Origin: Podarcis cretensis
Taxonomy: Eukaryota
Assembly (NCBI GenBank): GCA_951804945.1
Contig: OX638155.1
Coordinates: forward strand, 43,710,001-43,774,000
Direction: 5' to 3'
DNA: 64,000 nt
Position numbers and translations under genes: made by a program
The notes under the pieces: generated by a model
Seen by the model: the letters and a program-made list of their open reading frames with translations, nothing else
Databases searched by the model: none
Told to the model about the DNA's origin: nothing
Part shown: piece after piece, positions 1 through 11,875 of the stretch
Layout: each line of letters opens with the position of its first letter
Position numbering within the stretch: the first letter of the stretch is position 1

Positions 1-1616
1 ATATATTTGTTTAGGGGAATTGATTAGATAAACAAAGGCTTCTCCTTTAAATAAATTGTGTTTTATTTGCTGGAAACTTTCAAAAGCTGATAAGTTTCAC
101 TTGAAACATTTGCTAGACAAAATGAATTGTATTTATATTGTAATAACAGAGTTAATGTTTACAGGTTTCACAAGAACTCAGTTTATTGAGCCTTTGTACC
201 AAATGGAGCAAGTCTTAATTCACCCTCGTGGAAATATTAACTAACAGCCTTACAGAGGCATCCTATGCATGGTTACTCAGAAGTAAGGTCTAGAGCCCAG
301 TGCAGATGTTATAGTTTAGTGTGATGTAAACAAGCCACAGCAATCATTGTGCTCATGTGCTCTCTGCTATCCTTCTCTGACACAGTTGGAAGGAGAAGTA
401 AGGAAGTATTTGCTTCTGGCTTTGAACTGATAAGCTGGTTAACATTAACATTGTTTTGAACAAATCGTAGTTAATGTTTATTAATGCTAATTTGGACAAA
501 ACAGCATATGGTTCCCTTGTGGTGCAGGAGAGGAAAGAAGCACGTGAACCCATGGCTCACTGATGTTATGCTAAGCTACGGTTTAGTCCAGTGTCTGAAC
601 ATGACCAGTGTGTTCAGTGAGACCTATTCACTAGTGGGTGCATTCAGGATTGCAGCTTCAGTATATTTAATGCAGAAATTCACCTATATGCAAATACCAT
701 GTCTTTCTCTGATTCTTTCATGTATTAAAAACCATATGTATACATTAAATCTTGCATAATAAATTAGATTTCCAACAATTTTAAGATGGCAGTTCTGCAG
801 CTTTAAAAATGACAGTTCAGATCTGGAAGTTGTTTTAATCATTACAGTACACTGGTGACTGAGCTGGAATTGGAATCCAAGTCTCAATCCTAATCTTTAT
901 TCACTGAATCACAGTGGCAAACTAGTTGTCCAATGCAACATCAGAGTAAAGGAACTGGTGCATGCCAAGAATTATGTTTCTGCATGGCTGCTATATGCAT
1001 ACAGCATCTAAGGAAAGTTTCAAGAACTGATGGATTCAATATTATTTTCACTTTTTAACATATCTTTCCATTCCACATAGCAGTCATTATATTGTACAGT
1101 TTGTCCAAATATACAAGTTATGATGCTGGTAAATAGCTTTTCTACTGCATAATTAAGAGTAGAATCCTAAATATAGTTTGTTGTAAGCATTGTTAAGCTT
1201 AGTGGGACATACTTCTGAGTAAACTTACTTAGAAATGCACTACATGTATGTGTATATTTTCCAAATTTATTTTCTAAAGTGAGCATTGTGTACATGTGCA
1301 CATACACATGTGCACGACTGGTTGATGTTACCTCAGTCCTCATTTAACAGACTTAGCAGGTCTGTGAGGCACCAGAATAGCAGCTCATGACATGCAAATC
1401 TATGGGGCCATGTTAACTATTAGAACATGAAACAAATTCTGAAACTAAAGAAATGGTATAGAAAGATGTAGGACCTGGCTGTTTCAGTAAATTTCTGGTC
1501 AATTGTGGTCAGTTGGGGACTTTGTTTAGTAAAGAAGTTTGAAGAGAAAGGGCAGGGGGAGTTTGACGCCTTCTGAAATGATAAACAGAATGCTGTTATT
1601 GATAATCCTAGAGTGT

Positions 1617-1647
1617 GTTTGTTGTTGTTGTTGTTGTTGTTGTTGTT
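1617..1647. repeat. (GTT)n microsatellite
   Basis: About 9-10 GTT units. Confidence 0.9.
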
Positions 1648-1678
1648 TTAAAAATACAACTGTTAAAAAAATAAAGTA

Positions 1679-2709
1679 CCGTATTTTTCGCACCATAGGG
1701 CGCACCGGACGATAGGGCGCACCTAGTTTTGGGAGGCGGAAAACAAGAAAAAATTATTCTGAACCCCAGAAGCCAGAACAGCAAGAGGGATCTGGCTTCT
1801 GGGATACCGTGTGGCTGTTCTGGCTTCTGGGGTAACCGCACCAAGCCTCTTCAGGGCAGCGGGATGAAGGCTCCCCCTTCCCAAAGAGGCTGCGCAGGGC
1901 TAAAGCAGAAGCCAGGAGAGACGCGTCGCTGAAGGAGCACTGCGCCTTCTCTCTCTCTGCCCAGCGCCCCTCCTTCACAGGAGAGGTGCTGCGCAGAGAG
2001 GGAGAAGGGGCAGCGCCCTTCAGCGAACCTGGAGAAGGAACAGAAGGAGACCCTTCTGCCGCCCCAAGCCTCGCGCGCCCGGCGGGACCTCCCGCCGGGC
2101 GCGCGAGGCTTGCAGACACTCGCCCGAGTACGGGGAGCCCTCCGGAGGGCTCCCTGTGCTTTGGGCAACAGGCTGCCACCCCAAGCCTCGCGCGCCTGGC
2201 GGGACCTACCGCCGGGCGCGCAAGGCTTGCAGACACTCGCCCGAAGCACGCGGAGCCCTCCGGAGGGCTCCGCGTGCTTCGGGCGGCAGGCTGCCACCCC
2301 AAGCCTCGCGCGCCCGGCGGGAGCTCCTGCCGTGCGCGCAAGGCTTGCAGACACTCGCCCGAAGCACGGGGAGCCCTCCGGAGGGCTCCCTGTGCTTCGG
2401 GCAACAGGCTGCCGCCCCAAGCCTCGCGCGCCTGGCAGGAGCTCCTGCCGGGCGCGCGAGGCTTGTGGACACTCGCTGGGGCTGCAGGCTGCTGCCCGCA
2501 AGCCTCGTGAGCTCGCGGGAACTCCCGCCGGGCTTGCAAGGCTTGCAGATAGCTTCCTGAAGCCTGGAGAGCGAGAGGGGTCGGTGCACACCGACGCCTC
2601 TCGCTCTCCAGGCTTCAGCGAAAGACTGCATTCGCACCATAGGACGCACACACATTTCCCCTTCATTTTTGGAGGGGAAAAAGTGCGTCCTATGGAGCGA
2701 AAAATACGG
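1679..2709. mobile_element. Non-autonomous Tc1/mariner-superfamily (Tc2/pogo-like) DNA transposon, 1031 bp, with internal palindrome array
   Basis: 27-bp TIRs CCGTATTTTTCGCACCATAGGGCGCAC (1679) and GTGCGTCCTATGGAGCGAAAAATACGG (ends 2709), 2 mismatches. TA duplications at 1677-1678 and 2710-2711. No transposase motifs. Confidence 0.9.
2058..2546. repeat. GC-rich minisatellite, ~118-bp unit x ~4 plus a degenerate partial copy; unit made of two ~46-48-bp palindromes
   Basis: caagcctcgcgcg recurs at 2065, 2182, 2300 and 2418 (spacing 117/118/118) and in degenerate form at 2499. Confidence 0.92.
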
Positions 2710-3065
2710 TAAGTATCTGTGGCAACAAATAAAGCATTTTCCCTTGCATGAAGTTGTCTCTTAGGTATATGGTTATATATATTCCACTGTGAGGAGGAAG
2801 CTATTCTACATGCTTTCAATTTCCATGCCCATTTTTATATAATAAAATACACTGATCCTCCTACTTGAGTGCTTATGCACAGGAACATAATGTGGGACTC
2901 TACCCTAAATACATCAAACGTACAATGCCCATTCATGAAAGGAGTCTTTTACATCTGAAGATTACTAGCAAGCAAAGCTATTTATTATAGTCATTATATG
3001 CAAACAGTTTTAGTTCTCCAAATTCACCTGAATTTATTTCATATGCCATCTCTGATTTCTCACAG

Positions 3066-3249
3066 GGCTGGGAGAAGGTTCTGCACTTCTTCATCCAGAC
3101 AGCAGGTCACACCCTCGATCATTAGAGAAGAGCGCGTGGAGAACTTTCAAGGAGTCACAGTGTCCTCACATGTTGAAACATCTTCATAATGGAGCCCGAA
3201 TTACTGTGCAAATGCCTCCTACTATCGAGGGACACTGGGTCTCCACCGG
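3066..3249 (+). CDS. APCDD1: APCDD1 coding exon 2 (end of signal peptide, start of ectodomain); not in the supplied ORF track
   Basis: Acceptor ttctcacag at 3057-3065, donor GTAAG at 3250. Manual translation (phase 1 start) [62 protein letters not shown] matches the vertebrate APCDD1 N-terminus as I recall it. 184 bp; ends in phase 2, which matches exon 3. Confidence 0.96.
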
Positions 3250-3388
3250 GTAAGACTGCCGACAAACATGATGATGATACTATATAGAAAACATGCTACA
3301 ATGCTTTGGTAGACATTAATGTCAGGAGGCAAGTACTTTAGAGACATAGAAAAGTAGGACACCATACTGTACAGATTTGTTACTAGAT

Positions 3389-3753
3389 GGGACGCAGGTG
3401 GCGCTGTGGGTTAAAGCCTCAGCGCCTAGGGCTTGCCGATCGAAAGGTCGGCGGTTCGAATCCCTGCGGCGGGGTGCGCTCCCGCTGCTCGGTCCCAGCG
3501 CCTGCCAACCTAGCAGTTCGAAAGAACCTCCAGGTGCAAGTAGATAAATAGGGACCGCTTACCAGCGGGAAGGTAAACGGCGTTTCCGTGTGCGGCTCTG
3601 GCTCGCCAGAGCAGCGATGTCACGCTGGCCACGTGACCCGGAAGTGTCTCCGGACAGCGCTGGCCCCTGGCCTCTTGAGTGAGATGGGCGCACAACCCCA
3701 GAGTCTGTCAAGACTGGCCCGTACGGGCAGGGGTACCTTTACCTTTACCTTTA
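3389..3753 (+). mobile_element. Sauria SINE, full length, CpG-rich (young) subfamily
   Basis: tRNA-derived head GGGACGCAGGTGGCGCTGTGG (A box) and GGTTCGAATCC (B box), core gtgcaagtagataaatagg, (ACCTTT)n tail. Confidence 0.92.
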
Positions 3754-5325
3754 TATTTTGGTAGGCTATAATCCACTTAAACTCACAGCTAGTTTAATGT
3801 ACACAGTGAGCTTTTGTCTTTTCTTTCTCTTTCAATATAGCAGCCTCCCTAAACTAAAAAATGCTTCTAAAGCAGTTTACATTGTGGGGGCGGGGCGGGG
3901 TCTGCTATTGAGAGGAAAGCTGAAAACTTCTCCTATGGACACAGAAGCTTTTCTGGCCACAAAAGTGAGCCTTCAGAATTTTGTGGCCATTGTCCATATA
4001 TTAAACAGTAAGGCATTTCAGTCTTCCTTACTTTGGAAACCACAGTGTTGTTGAAAATTGCCAGCCTATTCATAGGATGTTCATATGTCATCTGCTTATT
4101 CAGACCGCTTGCAAGGGCGAGTGAATAAATCCTTGCCTTTATTGCTGTATCATGTGACATGTGTATAAAACAAAGTTCATTAACAAAATGAAATTATGAA
4201 GCTTTAGCTGACGAGCCCAAGCATGCACAAGTGCTTATCTGAGATCACAAACATTCAGTTAGGCAGAGGTATTTATTTTGTAGTCTCAGCTTGCAAATAT
4301 ACAGCTGTGTACTCGCAATTATTTTCTTAGGAAGGCTCCTTGGGATATAAGATTCCCTTCAAGCCCAGTCCTGCAGTCCTTATTCAGGCAAACCCATCAC
4401 TGAAGTTAATAAAAATAGTGTTTGAGTAAGCAGTAATCCTCACTCAAATCCACCACAGATATCACTGGAAAGTCAGGGAGAAGATGTTGGGCTCCCATCA
4501 CTTAGGAGGGATCTGTTGTACTTGCAGAAAGCAAGCAGACTAGGAAGAGCTCAGCTTAAAAACCTTTTTTTTTTTTTTTTGGTGCAACTATAAGCCTTAC
4601 ACAAATATTTCAGATGTTCTAGTTTGGGTTTATTTTATAAACACATTAAAGCATGTTTATTACTTTGCTTGCCTGAAGCCAGGCAGGTGTGGTCATTCCT
4701 TTTCCTTGTTGATTTTATCACCATGGAAGTAGAAATATATTAAAAGTGTTGCCTATCTCTTAAGAAACATAACCACATTGTCACACAGAAATAAAACAGG
4801 AAGGGGCTCATTGAAAAGCTATTGAGCTTATGAGAATATTTATCTTCAGGTCTAGAGGCTTTGACAGAAGCTTATTCATGTTATATATACATATTTAAGA
4901 AAAACTGAAGAAGGAAAAAAAGACGTTAAGTTGGATCCAGACATATTCACGCTTAGGGTAGAGTCACTGAAGTCACCTGAAGTTCCATTGATTTCAATGG
5001 GTTTACTCTAAGCATGATAGGCAAAGCAATTCTAAACCCTGGCCAGGAGCATCAAAACAGCTGTCATATCTGAAGCACTGCCAGCTCATGCCAGCCATTA
5101 TTTTCTGTTGTGGCAGCTCCAGGCTGGTGCATGTGGGGGGCCTGGAACAGCCTGGGGCTCAGCAGCTCCATGGCTAACCCTTCACTGCCTCATACCCATA
5201 ATGCTCTATTTCAGGGCCTTACTCTGGCCACTGCCAGCAGTAGCATTTGATCCACCACTGCCTGCCTGGTGGCAAAAGTGAACAGATAATGGTATTGTAG
5301 GGGGAAATCTTTGTCTTCCTTGACA

Positions 5326-5631
5326 GCACTGTGGTCTAAACCACAGAGCCTAGGGCTTGCCGATCAGAAGGTTGGCGGTTCGAATCCACAGCTGTTGCTC
5401 GATCCCAGCTCCTGCCAACCTAGCAGTTCAAAAGCACGTCAAAGTGCAAGTAGATAAATAGGTACCACTCCGGTGGGAAGGTAAGCGGCCAGAAGTGGCT
5501 TAGTCATGCTGGCCACATGACCCGGAAGCTGTACGCCGGCTCCCTCGGCCAGTAAAGCAATATGAGCGCCACAACCTCAGAGTCGTCCGTGACTGGACCT
5601 AATGGTCAGGGGTCACTTTACCTTTACCTTT
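5326..5631 (+). mobile_element. Sauria SINE (5'-eroded, internal deletions)
   Basis: B box ggttcgaatcc, core caagtagataaataggtacc, tail gactggacctaatggtcagggg...(ACCTTT)n. Confidence 0.9.
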
Positions 5632-5936
5632 GCAATTCTAAGTACTTGGTGCACTAAATGTGGAGAAAAGAGGAAGTCAGCAATAAAATGAAAAATAAAA
5701 GTATCAAATGCAGCATAGAACTAATATACCTTTTAAAACGTCTTTTAAAAAATGAAACCAGAAACTTAATGTTAAGTAAAGGAAGATGAGAAAAATTACT
5801 ATTTTGGTTCACTATTGCGAATATTGTGGTGTTAATTAAATGTGTTATTAGTGCTGTCATCTTCTTATTGACTACTTTGATATACTTCATTTCACACCTC
5901 ATTAAGCTTATGCTTTTATTTGCAATTTGGTTACAG

Positions 5937-6468
5937 TTGTGAAGTAAGGTCGGGCCCAGAATTCATCACTAGATCCTACAGATTCTACCACAATAATACA
6001 TTCAAGGCCTATCAGTTTTACTACAGAGGTAACCGATGCACAAACCCAATCTATACCTTAGTTATCCGTGGCAAAATTCGCCTTCGCCAAGCATCCTGGA
6101 TCATTCGAGGAGGGACTGAAGCAGATTACCAGCTGCACAACATACAGATAATCTGCCATAGTGAGGCAGTGGCTGAGAGACTAAGTCAGTTGGTGAACCG
6201 CACATGCCCTGGATTTGTACCAGAAGATAAAGCCTGGGAACAGAATGTGAGCTACGATTTATGGAGAGAAGAGAATGGCTACGAATGTACCAGAGCACTG
6301 AATTTTGCTATGCATGAGCTTCAACTAATCCGTGTAGAGAAACAGTACCTTCACCATAATTTAGATCACTTGGTCGAGGAGTTATTTCTTGGAGACATAC
6401 ACACTGATCCTGCTCAGAGGATGTATTATCGTCCATCTAGTTACCAGCCCCCTCTTCAAAATGCTAAG
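5937..6468 (+). CDS. APCDD1: APCDD1 coding exon 3 (first APCDD1 domain)
   Basis: Inside ORF 5920-6549: [29 protein letters not shown]...[14 protein letters not shown]. Acceptor ttacag ends at 5936, donor AAG|GTATGT at 6469. 532 bp, phases compatible with both neighbours. Confidence 0.97.
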
Positions 6469-7379
6469 GTATGTGAACATTTCGGTTTTCAGTTCCAAGG
6501 CACATGCAAAGAGTATCCCTTTATTGCAGGAAATGCCCCAAATACCTAAGCCAAAAACTCTCATGCAAAGATCTTCATATGCCACAAGCATGAGTCTTAT
6601 TTCCTCCACAGCTTTTGCCCAATGCCCTCTCACATCCCTTATTACTGCTGCTTCTTTATGACTTGCATCCCAATTTTTTTTGAGGGCCGCAGCTTTACAT
6701 GACCTGCACCTGACATCATACAATGTCATGTGAGTGACAGGTGGGCGTGGCAAAACTGCCCAACAGGCTACATTAGCTTGCCTAGGGCTCAAGGGCCAGA
6801 GCTTCCCAACCCCTGTATTACGTCTTTTGTCATTCTAAGCTGTACTGCCTCCTTTAACCAAACTATAGTTTCTTGTTGTTAACACTTCAACATGTTTCTA
6901 AGTATTGTTGTGGCAAACAGATTCTTAAGTAATAAGGTTCCCATCTTTTCCCTTAGCCTGTGCCCTTCCAAGCTTCCATGCACTTTGAAATGTTCCTGAT
7001 AATAATAGAATATATTCAATTTTTCTTGAATGTCTGGAAACTATTCCAGCCGACCAGCCAACCATCTCAGAGGCTATTTTGCTTTGCTTTTATGTTTTAC
7101 TAGAAATCTTGTATATCTGCAGGTCAGGTAAAAGTAGCTTAAGGTCACAACACAGTTGTGTGGTCTACAGACGCTCATTAAAATCCTGATAAAAAGAAGC
7201 AAATAAAACTTTACCTAAGTCATTGCTTTTGAGCACTTTCAGATTCAGTGTACATCCACTAAGATTTTTACTAATTTATATTCTTCATATTTTATGCTAC
7301 CAAATTCATAGTGTATTATTTACCTGTTCATTTAAAATCCAGTAAACTGCTTCATTCAGAACTCTGGCAGCTTGTGGAC

Positions 7380-7770
7380 CATCTTTAAAGATAGCCCCAC
7401 CTGGAATGCATTACAATAATCTAATCAAGAGGTTGCCAGGGCATGGATTATTGTGGCCAGTTTACTCCAATCTGGGAATGGTTCTAGCTTGCAAACAAGG
7501 GGGAACTGGAAAAAGGCACTCCATGCTACCTGAGCCTATGCTCAGTATCCCTATGCTACATACCTTTCCTTCAGAGAGAGTGCAACCCTGGACACAATCA
7601 CCCACCAACAGAATGTCCATCTTGCTGGGATTCATTCACCCCATTACAACCTTCAGGCATCTGTTAAACACCTGTGCAGTTTTACCTGATTCAGATGGTA
7701 AGGAGAAATAGACCTGGGAATCATCTGCATAGTGATAACACCATGCCCCAAATTCCCCCAATGACCTCAC
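7380..7770 (-). mobile_element. Degraded L2-like ORF2 fragment
   Basis: Minus strand reads LATIIHALATS*LDYCNA near 7405-7460 and a YADD-like tatgcagatgat at 7721-7732. Confidence 0.5.
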
Positions 7771-8567
7771 CCATCAGCCTCATATGTTAAAAAGCATGAA
7801 GCCTGTGAGACCCCGCAGCACAGACACATTGATAAGGGCCTGAGTAGGAATCCCCCAAATGCATATCTCTCAGAATAACCCTGCAGGTAAGCGTGGAACC
7901 ACCATACCGTTCAACTCCCAACCCATAGAGCTGTTCCACGATCAGTGGTACCCAAAGCTTCCAAGCGATCAAGGAGAAGCAACGGGTTCACATTCCCCAA
8001 TTTCCCAATAAAGGTCAGCAACCAGGGCAACTAAAGGTGTTTTGGTGCCAAGGTGGGCCTGAAGCCAGAATGCATTGGGTCCAGATAATAAAATGAACTA
8101 GTGAGCAGTAGCTCTTTTTTTCATGGTTTTTGAGGTTGCAGCCATTGAGTGCATAATGGTTCACACTGAGATAAGCCTAACACTAGCACCTGGAACTTCC
8201 TTTTGTCATAAAGATGAAACTGGGTATAACATAAGAATTGTCTTTGGAATTGCTGATATGATAGTTGTCCTGGAATGAGAACCATGCTGCTAAGGTCTAG
8301 CCTCCAATGTCCTGATCAAGATTGGAGGGAATAAAAATCAAGGAACACAGACTCTGGCTAATATTTCTAACTGTCCAAGTTTGCAAATGACCGTTTCATA
8401 CTTCATGGTTTAGATACATCACCTCTCTGCTAGTTGAATTCAAATAAGTCATTCCCTTTTGTCTTCCTGTTGTTGTTCGTTGCCCAAGGTACCTCTGTAC
8501 CTCTAGAAGTAACAGTTTTGATATGTGCCATGATATCTCTTGAAAATTGAAGCCAGAACAAAATATT

Positions 8568-8895
8568 AATAACAATAATAATTTATTTATTTATACCCCG
8601 CCCATCTGGCTGGGTTTTGCCAGCCACTCTGGGTAGCTTCCAACAGAATATAAAAAACACAATAAAACTTCAAACATTAAAAACTTCCCTAAACAGAGTT
8701 GCCTTCAGATGTCTTCTAAAAGTCAGATACGGTAGTTGTTTATTTCCTTGACATCTGATGGGAGGGCATTCCATAGGGTGGGTACTACTACCGAGAAGGC
8801 CCTCTGCTTTGTTCCCTGTAACGTTGCAGTGAGGGAACTGCCAGAAGCCCCTTGGCGCTGGACCTCAGTGTCCGGGCTGAATGATGGGAGTGGAG
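8568..8895 (-). mobile_element. L2-clade LINE 3' fragment
   Basis: Minus strand encodes the RAFSVV..LWNALPSDVKEINNY..TFRRHLK C-terminal motif, then a 3' UTR stem-loop and a (TAAA/TTA)n tail. Same family as 40087-40491. Confidence 0.8.
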
Positions 8896-9979
8896 AATTC
8901 TACTGAAGAAAGCAGATGTTGCTGAGAAGGTAGGCAAAGAAAGCATTGCTGGGAAATAGAATGGGGGTGATATAGCCACAACAAAAGACCAGGGGTTATA
9001 GTTTAGAGCATTAGGAGAGAAACAAGTCATTAGCAAATCATGTGTAAATCTGAGGAACTGAGAGAGAGAAAGAGGGATTGAAGCAGAGTGCTGCAGTTTT
9101 GGAGTGGGGCTGTCTGCACATCTTTTCTGATGGCATCTCAAAGGAATGCCTATAGCAATTGGAACCACATTCGAGACTTTAACTGTCATCAATTAGTTCC
9201 AGAAGAAAAGTTTTGGGTTAATTCTAGCTTAAGAATTCTTCTTTATTTTTCAATTATTTTTTGCAGAAGTGACCGTGCTTGTAACCAGCTTCGCATAATT
9301 ACTTAATAAAGCACCATTGAATGGACATGCAAAATATTTACATATCTGTGGTGAAATAGATTTTTTCTGTCAGTTAGGAAAGAATGTCAGCAAGAGAAAT
9401 GCAATCTATTTTTCAACAGAATACTTTTAAATACTGTTTTACATTTTGTATTCTTCTATTCAAAGTCACAATGGCTATGTTTTCATGAGAAACAAGCAGA
9501 AGAACCTCCTGGCTGGTCAGACCAGGTCCATCTTGACAAGCATTCTGTTTCCAGTAGGGGCCCAATGCAGATACTGATTTTAATGCAGACATGAATATAC
9601 ATGACCATAATATTTTGGGTCAAAACTACATGTTTCCCCTGTGGGTTTTTTTGTGGGGGGAGCTTTATTTAACCCAAAACCAAGTGGGGAGCATATCACT
9701 TCCACAGCAGTCTAATCTTCTCAAGCTTCAGCTGGTCCATTATGTAGCACCCAGATTACTGGCTGGAGTTCTGTTTAGAACTGATATCATGTTTAAACTC
9801 ATGTTTAAAACAGCTGCATTAGTCACTAGTTAGTTTTGGGGCCTAAATACATTAGTATTTAGAGTGTTTAATGATGTATGTTCTAAATATTTGAAAGACT
9901 ACTTCATTCCCTACAGAACATTTTGGATGTGTAGATCAGTGGGCGTGGGCCACCCTCAGAAATTTGGGGGGTGGGTGTG

Positions 9980-10230
9980 ATCCAGCAGAGGGCATTCTCT
10001 GTGGCAGATCCTAAATTACAGAATTTCCTCCCTACAGAAGTGTGTCTGACACCTTCATTATATAGTTTCTCTTTTATGCTGAAGACATTGGTCTTTGCTA
10101 ACTGTGACATCTTTTTATTACTCGCCCTAGTCATGCTACTGTAATTTATTTTTAAATTGTTGTAATCATAATAATTTGCCCCCAAGTGTTTTTTTTTTGG
10201 GGGGGTGCCATGGATGAGAAGATATTTGCA
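9980..10230 (+). mobile_element. Degraded L2-like 3' fragment
   Basis: agggcattctctgtggcagatcctaaatta...ctccctacagaagtg...ctgaagaca, i.e. an RAFSVA.P.L..LP.EV...LKT motif. Confidence 0.5.
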
Positions 10231-11495
10231 TTTGTATATTCCCCTCTTGGGTGTCAAAGAGCTTGCACAGAACAATTTGGAAAGGAAAAATATCTACTAT
10301 GGAAAGAGATGTCCTCCAATGCAAACTTTCACATCAGTTTACAGCTTCTCACAACTGCGTTGGGTAAAGCAACAACAACTCTCAAAGAAACATTTACACA
10401 TCTGAACATCATGTGCAGTTTGACCCCTTGTGTAACTTAGCTATAGGTCGTAATGGCTTTCCTAAATATATGAAGGATGAAAGCATAGGATGCATTTTGA
10501 GACCACACAAAATATAGAGCTATGAGGTTATAACCTTTCTCCTTTGAACTTCTTTCCTTTTCTAATTGTCAGTCCACGGGGACTCAGCTGAAAATGAGCT
10601 TAAATGCTTAATTGAGTTCAAAACCACTAGTCTCAGACTCTTCTGGAAACTGGACACCGTGCATAAACAGAAACATTAAATCAACTTGTTTTTTTTAAGG
10701 CTTTTATGGTCACATAGTGTGCTGGGTGAGGAAATCACCTCTGAAGTGAATCAGGTGTATTGTACAGAATCTGTCTGGCAAGGCTTGTTTCATTTCCTCT
10801 TTATTATTATTTTAAAAAATAAAAACACAGCTAAAATAATTAAGGCATCTATGAAAAATAAGAGAACCTTGAAGATTTTAAAGTTGATAAAGCTGCAGAA
10901 TTGGATGTGGAAGCCACATTTATACTACTAATATGGTTGAACTGAGTGCTAATTAAAAGCAAATGATTCCTGGATATGTTAGGAATGCTAAAGCTGAACA
11001 GAATTGATCTTATTCCAAATTCTTTATAGCAGTTTAGCGGCAGGATGATAAATCAAAGACCCAAAGTGAAAACCAGACAGATCTAAGCCAAGCTGCTAAT
11101 TTGAGCACGTTTCCAAAGACTCAAAAGTTTGTTCAAGCACACAGAATATAGCAGACTTTCCCTGCTAAAATGTCTTCTTTGTGGTCCTTAAGTAAATAGC
11201 ATTTATTCACAATTAAATATAATTAAATATAAAGACTGTCTTTATTCAAAAATTTATATAAACTTCATACCCTTCAACAATATGATCCCAAATGCATGTG
11301 TGGCAGGGGAATCCCAGCCAGATGGGTGGGGTATAAATTATTATTATTACTGTTATTAAATAGTGTAGCTGCACTAGTTAAAGCAGCACTTCCTAGTGGG
11401 GTAATAGCATCTGTTCAGTGCAGCATTTTGATTGCTCTCATGCAAAACATTTATTTCCAAGTATCAGGTAGTTTTGTGAAGAAAAGAAATGAGTA

Positions 11496-11817
11496 AAGGT
11501 AAAGGGACCCTTCCCTGACCATTAGGTCCAGTCGTGGCCGACTCTGGGGTTGCAGTGCTCATCTCGCTTTATTGGCCGAGGGAGCTGGTATACAGCTTCC
11601 GGGTCATGTGGTCAGCATGACTAAGCGTACGGAAACACCGTTTACCTTCCTGCCTGAGTGGTACCTATTTATCTACTTGCACTTTGAAGTGCTTTCGAAC
11701 TGCTATGTTGGCAGGAGCAGGGACCGAGCAACGGGAGCTCAACCAGTCACAGGGATTCAAACCGCTGACCTTATGATTGGCAAGTCCTAGGCTCTGTGGT
11801 TTAACCCACAGCGCCAC
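11496..11817 (-). mobile_element. Sauria SINE flanked by a ~60-bp direct duplication
   Basis: Reverse complement of the same consensus (aaaggtaaagggaccc...ttaacccacagcgccac). Flanks 11435-11495 and 11821-11917 are direct copies. Confidence 0.9.
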
Positions 11818-11839
11818 ACACTCTCATGCAAAACATTTA

Positions 11840-11875
11840 CAGTGGTAATTAAGTTCTTAACCTGAGGTACCACTG
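11840..11875. mobile_element. 36-bp Tc1/mariner (Tigger-like) MITE remnant with TA TSD
   Basis: TA-CAGTGGTAATTAAGTTCTTAACCTGAGGTACCACTG-TA. Absent from the left copy of the duplicated flank; its ends match the MITE at 60655-60872. Confidence 0.88.

Noticed and set aside
2058-2546. CRISPR-like array of palindromic repeats
   Set aside because: The intervening segments are themselves repeated rather than unique spacers, the context is vertebrate intronic DNA, and there are no cas genes.
1754-2819. Six overlapping long ORFs (134-322 aa) on both strands
   Set aside because: Artefact of a GC-rich palindromic tandem repeat that lacks stop codons. The peptides are repetitive Ala/Arg/Gly/Pro with no domain motifs and lie within a TIR-bounded MITE.
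3389-3475. tRNA gene (A and B boxes, GGTTCGAATCC)
   Set aside because: It is the tRNA-derived head of a Sauria SINE and continues into the SINE body and (ACCTTT)n tail; the same applies to the other four copies.
4040-4330. Possible conserved non-coding element in APCDD1 intron 2
   Set aside because: Only an impression from non-repetitive, motif-like sequence; it cannot be supported without a multi-species alignment.
6469-6549. C-terminal extensions of ORFs past exon ends (also 27246-27334 and 55171-55232)
   Set aside because: Read-through into introns beyond canonical GT donors; homology stops at the donor.
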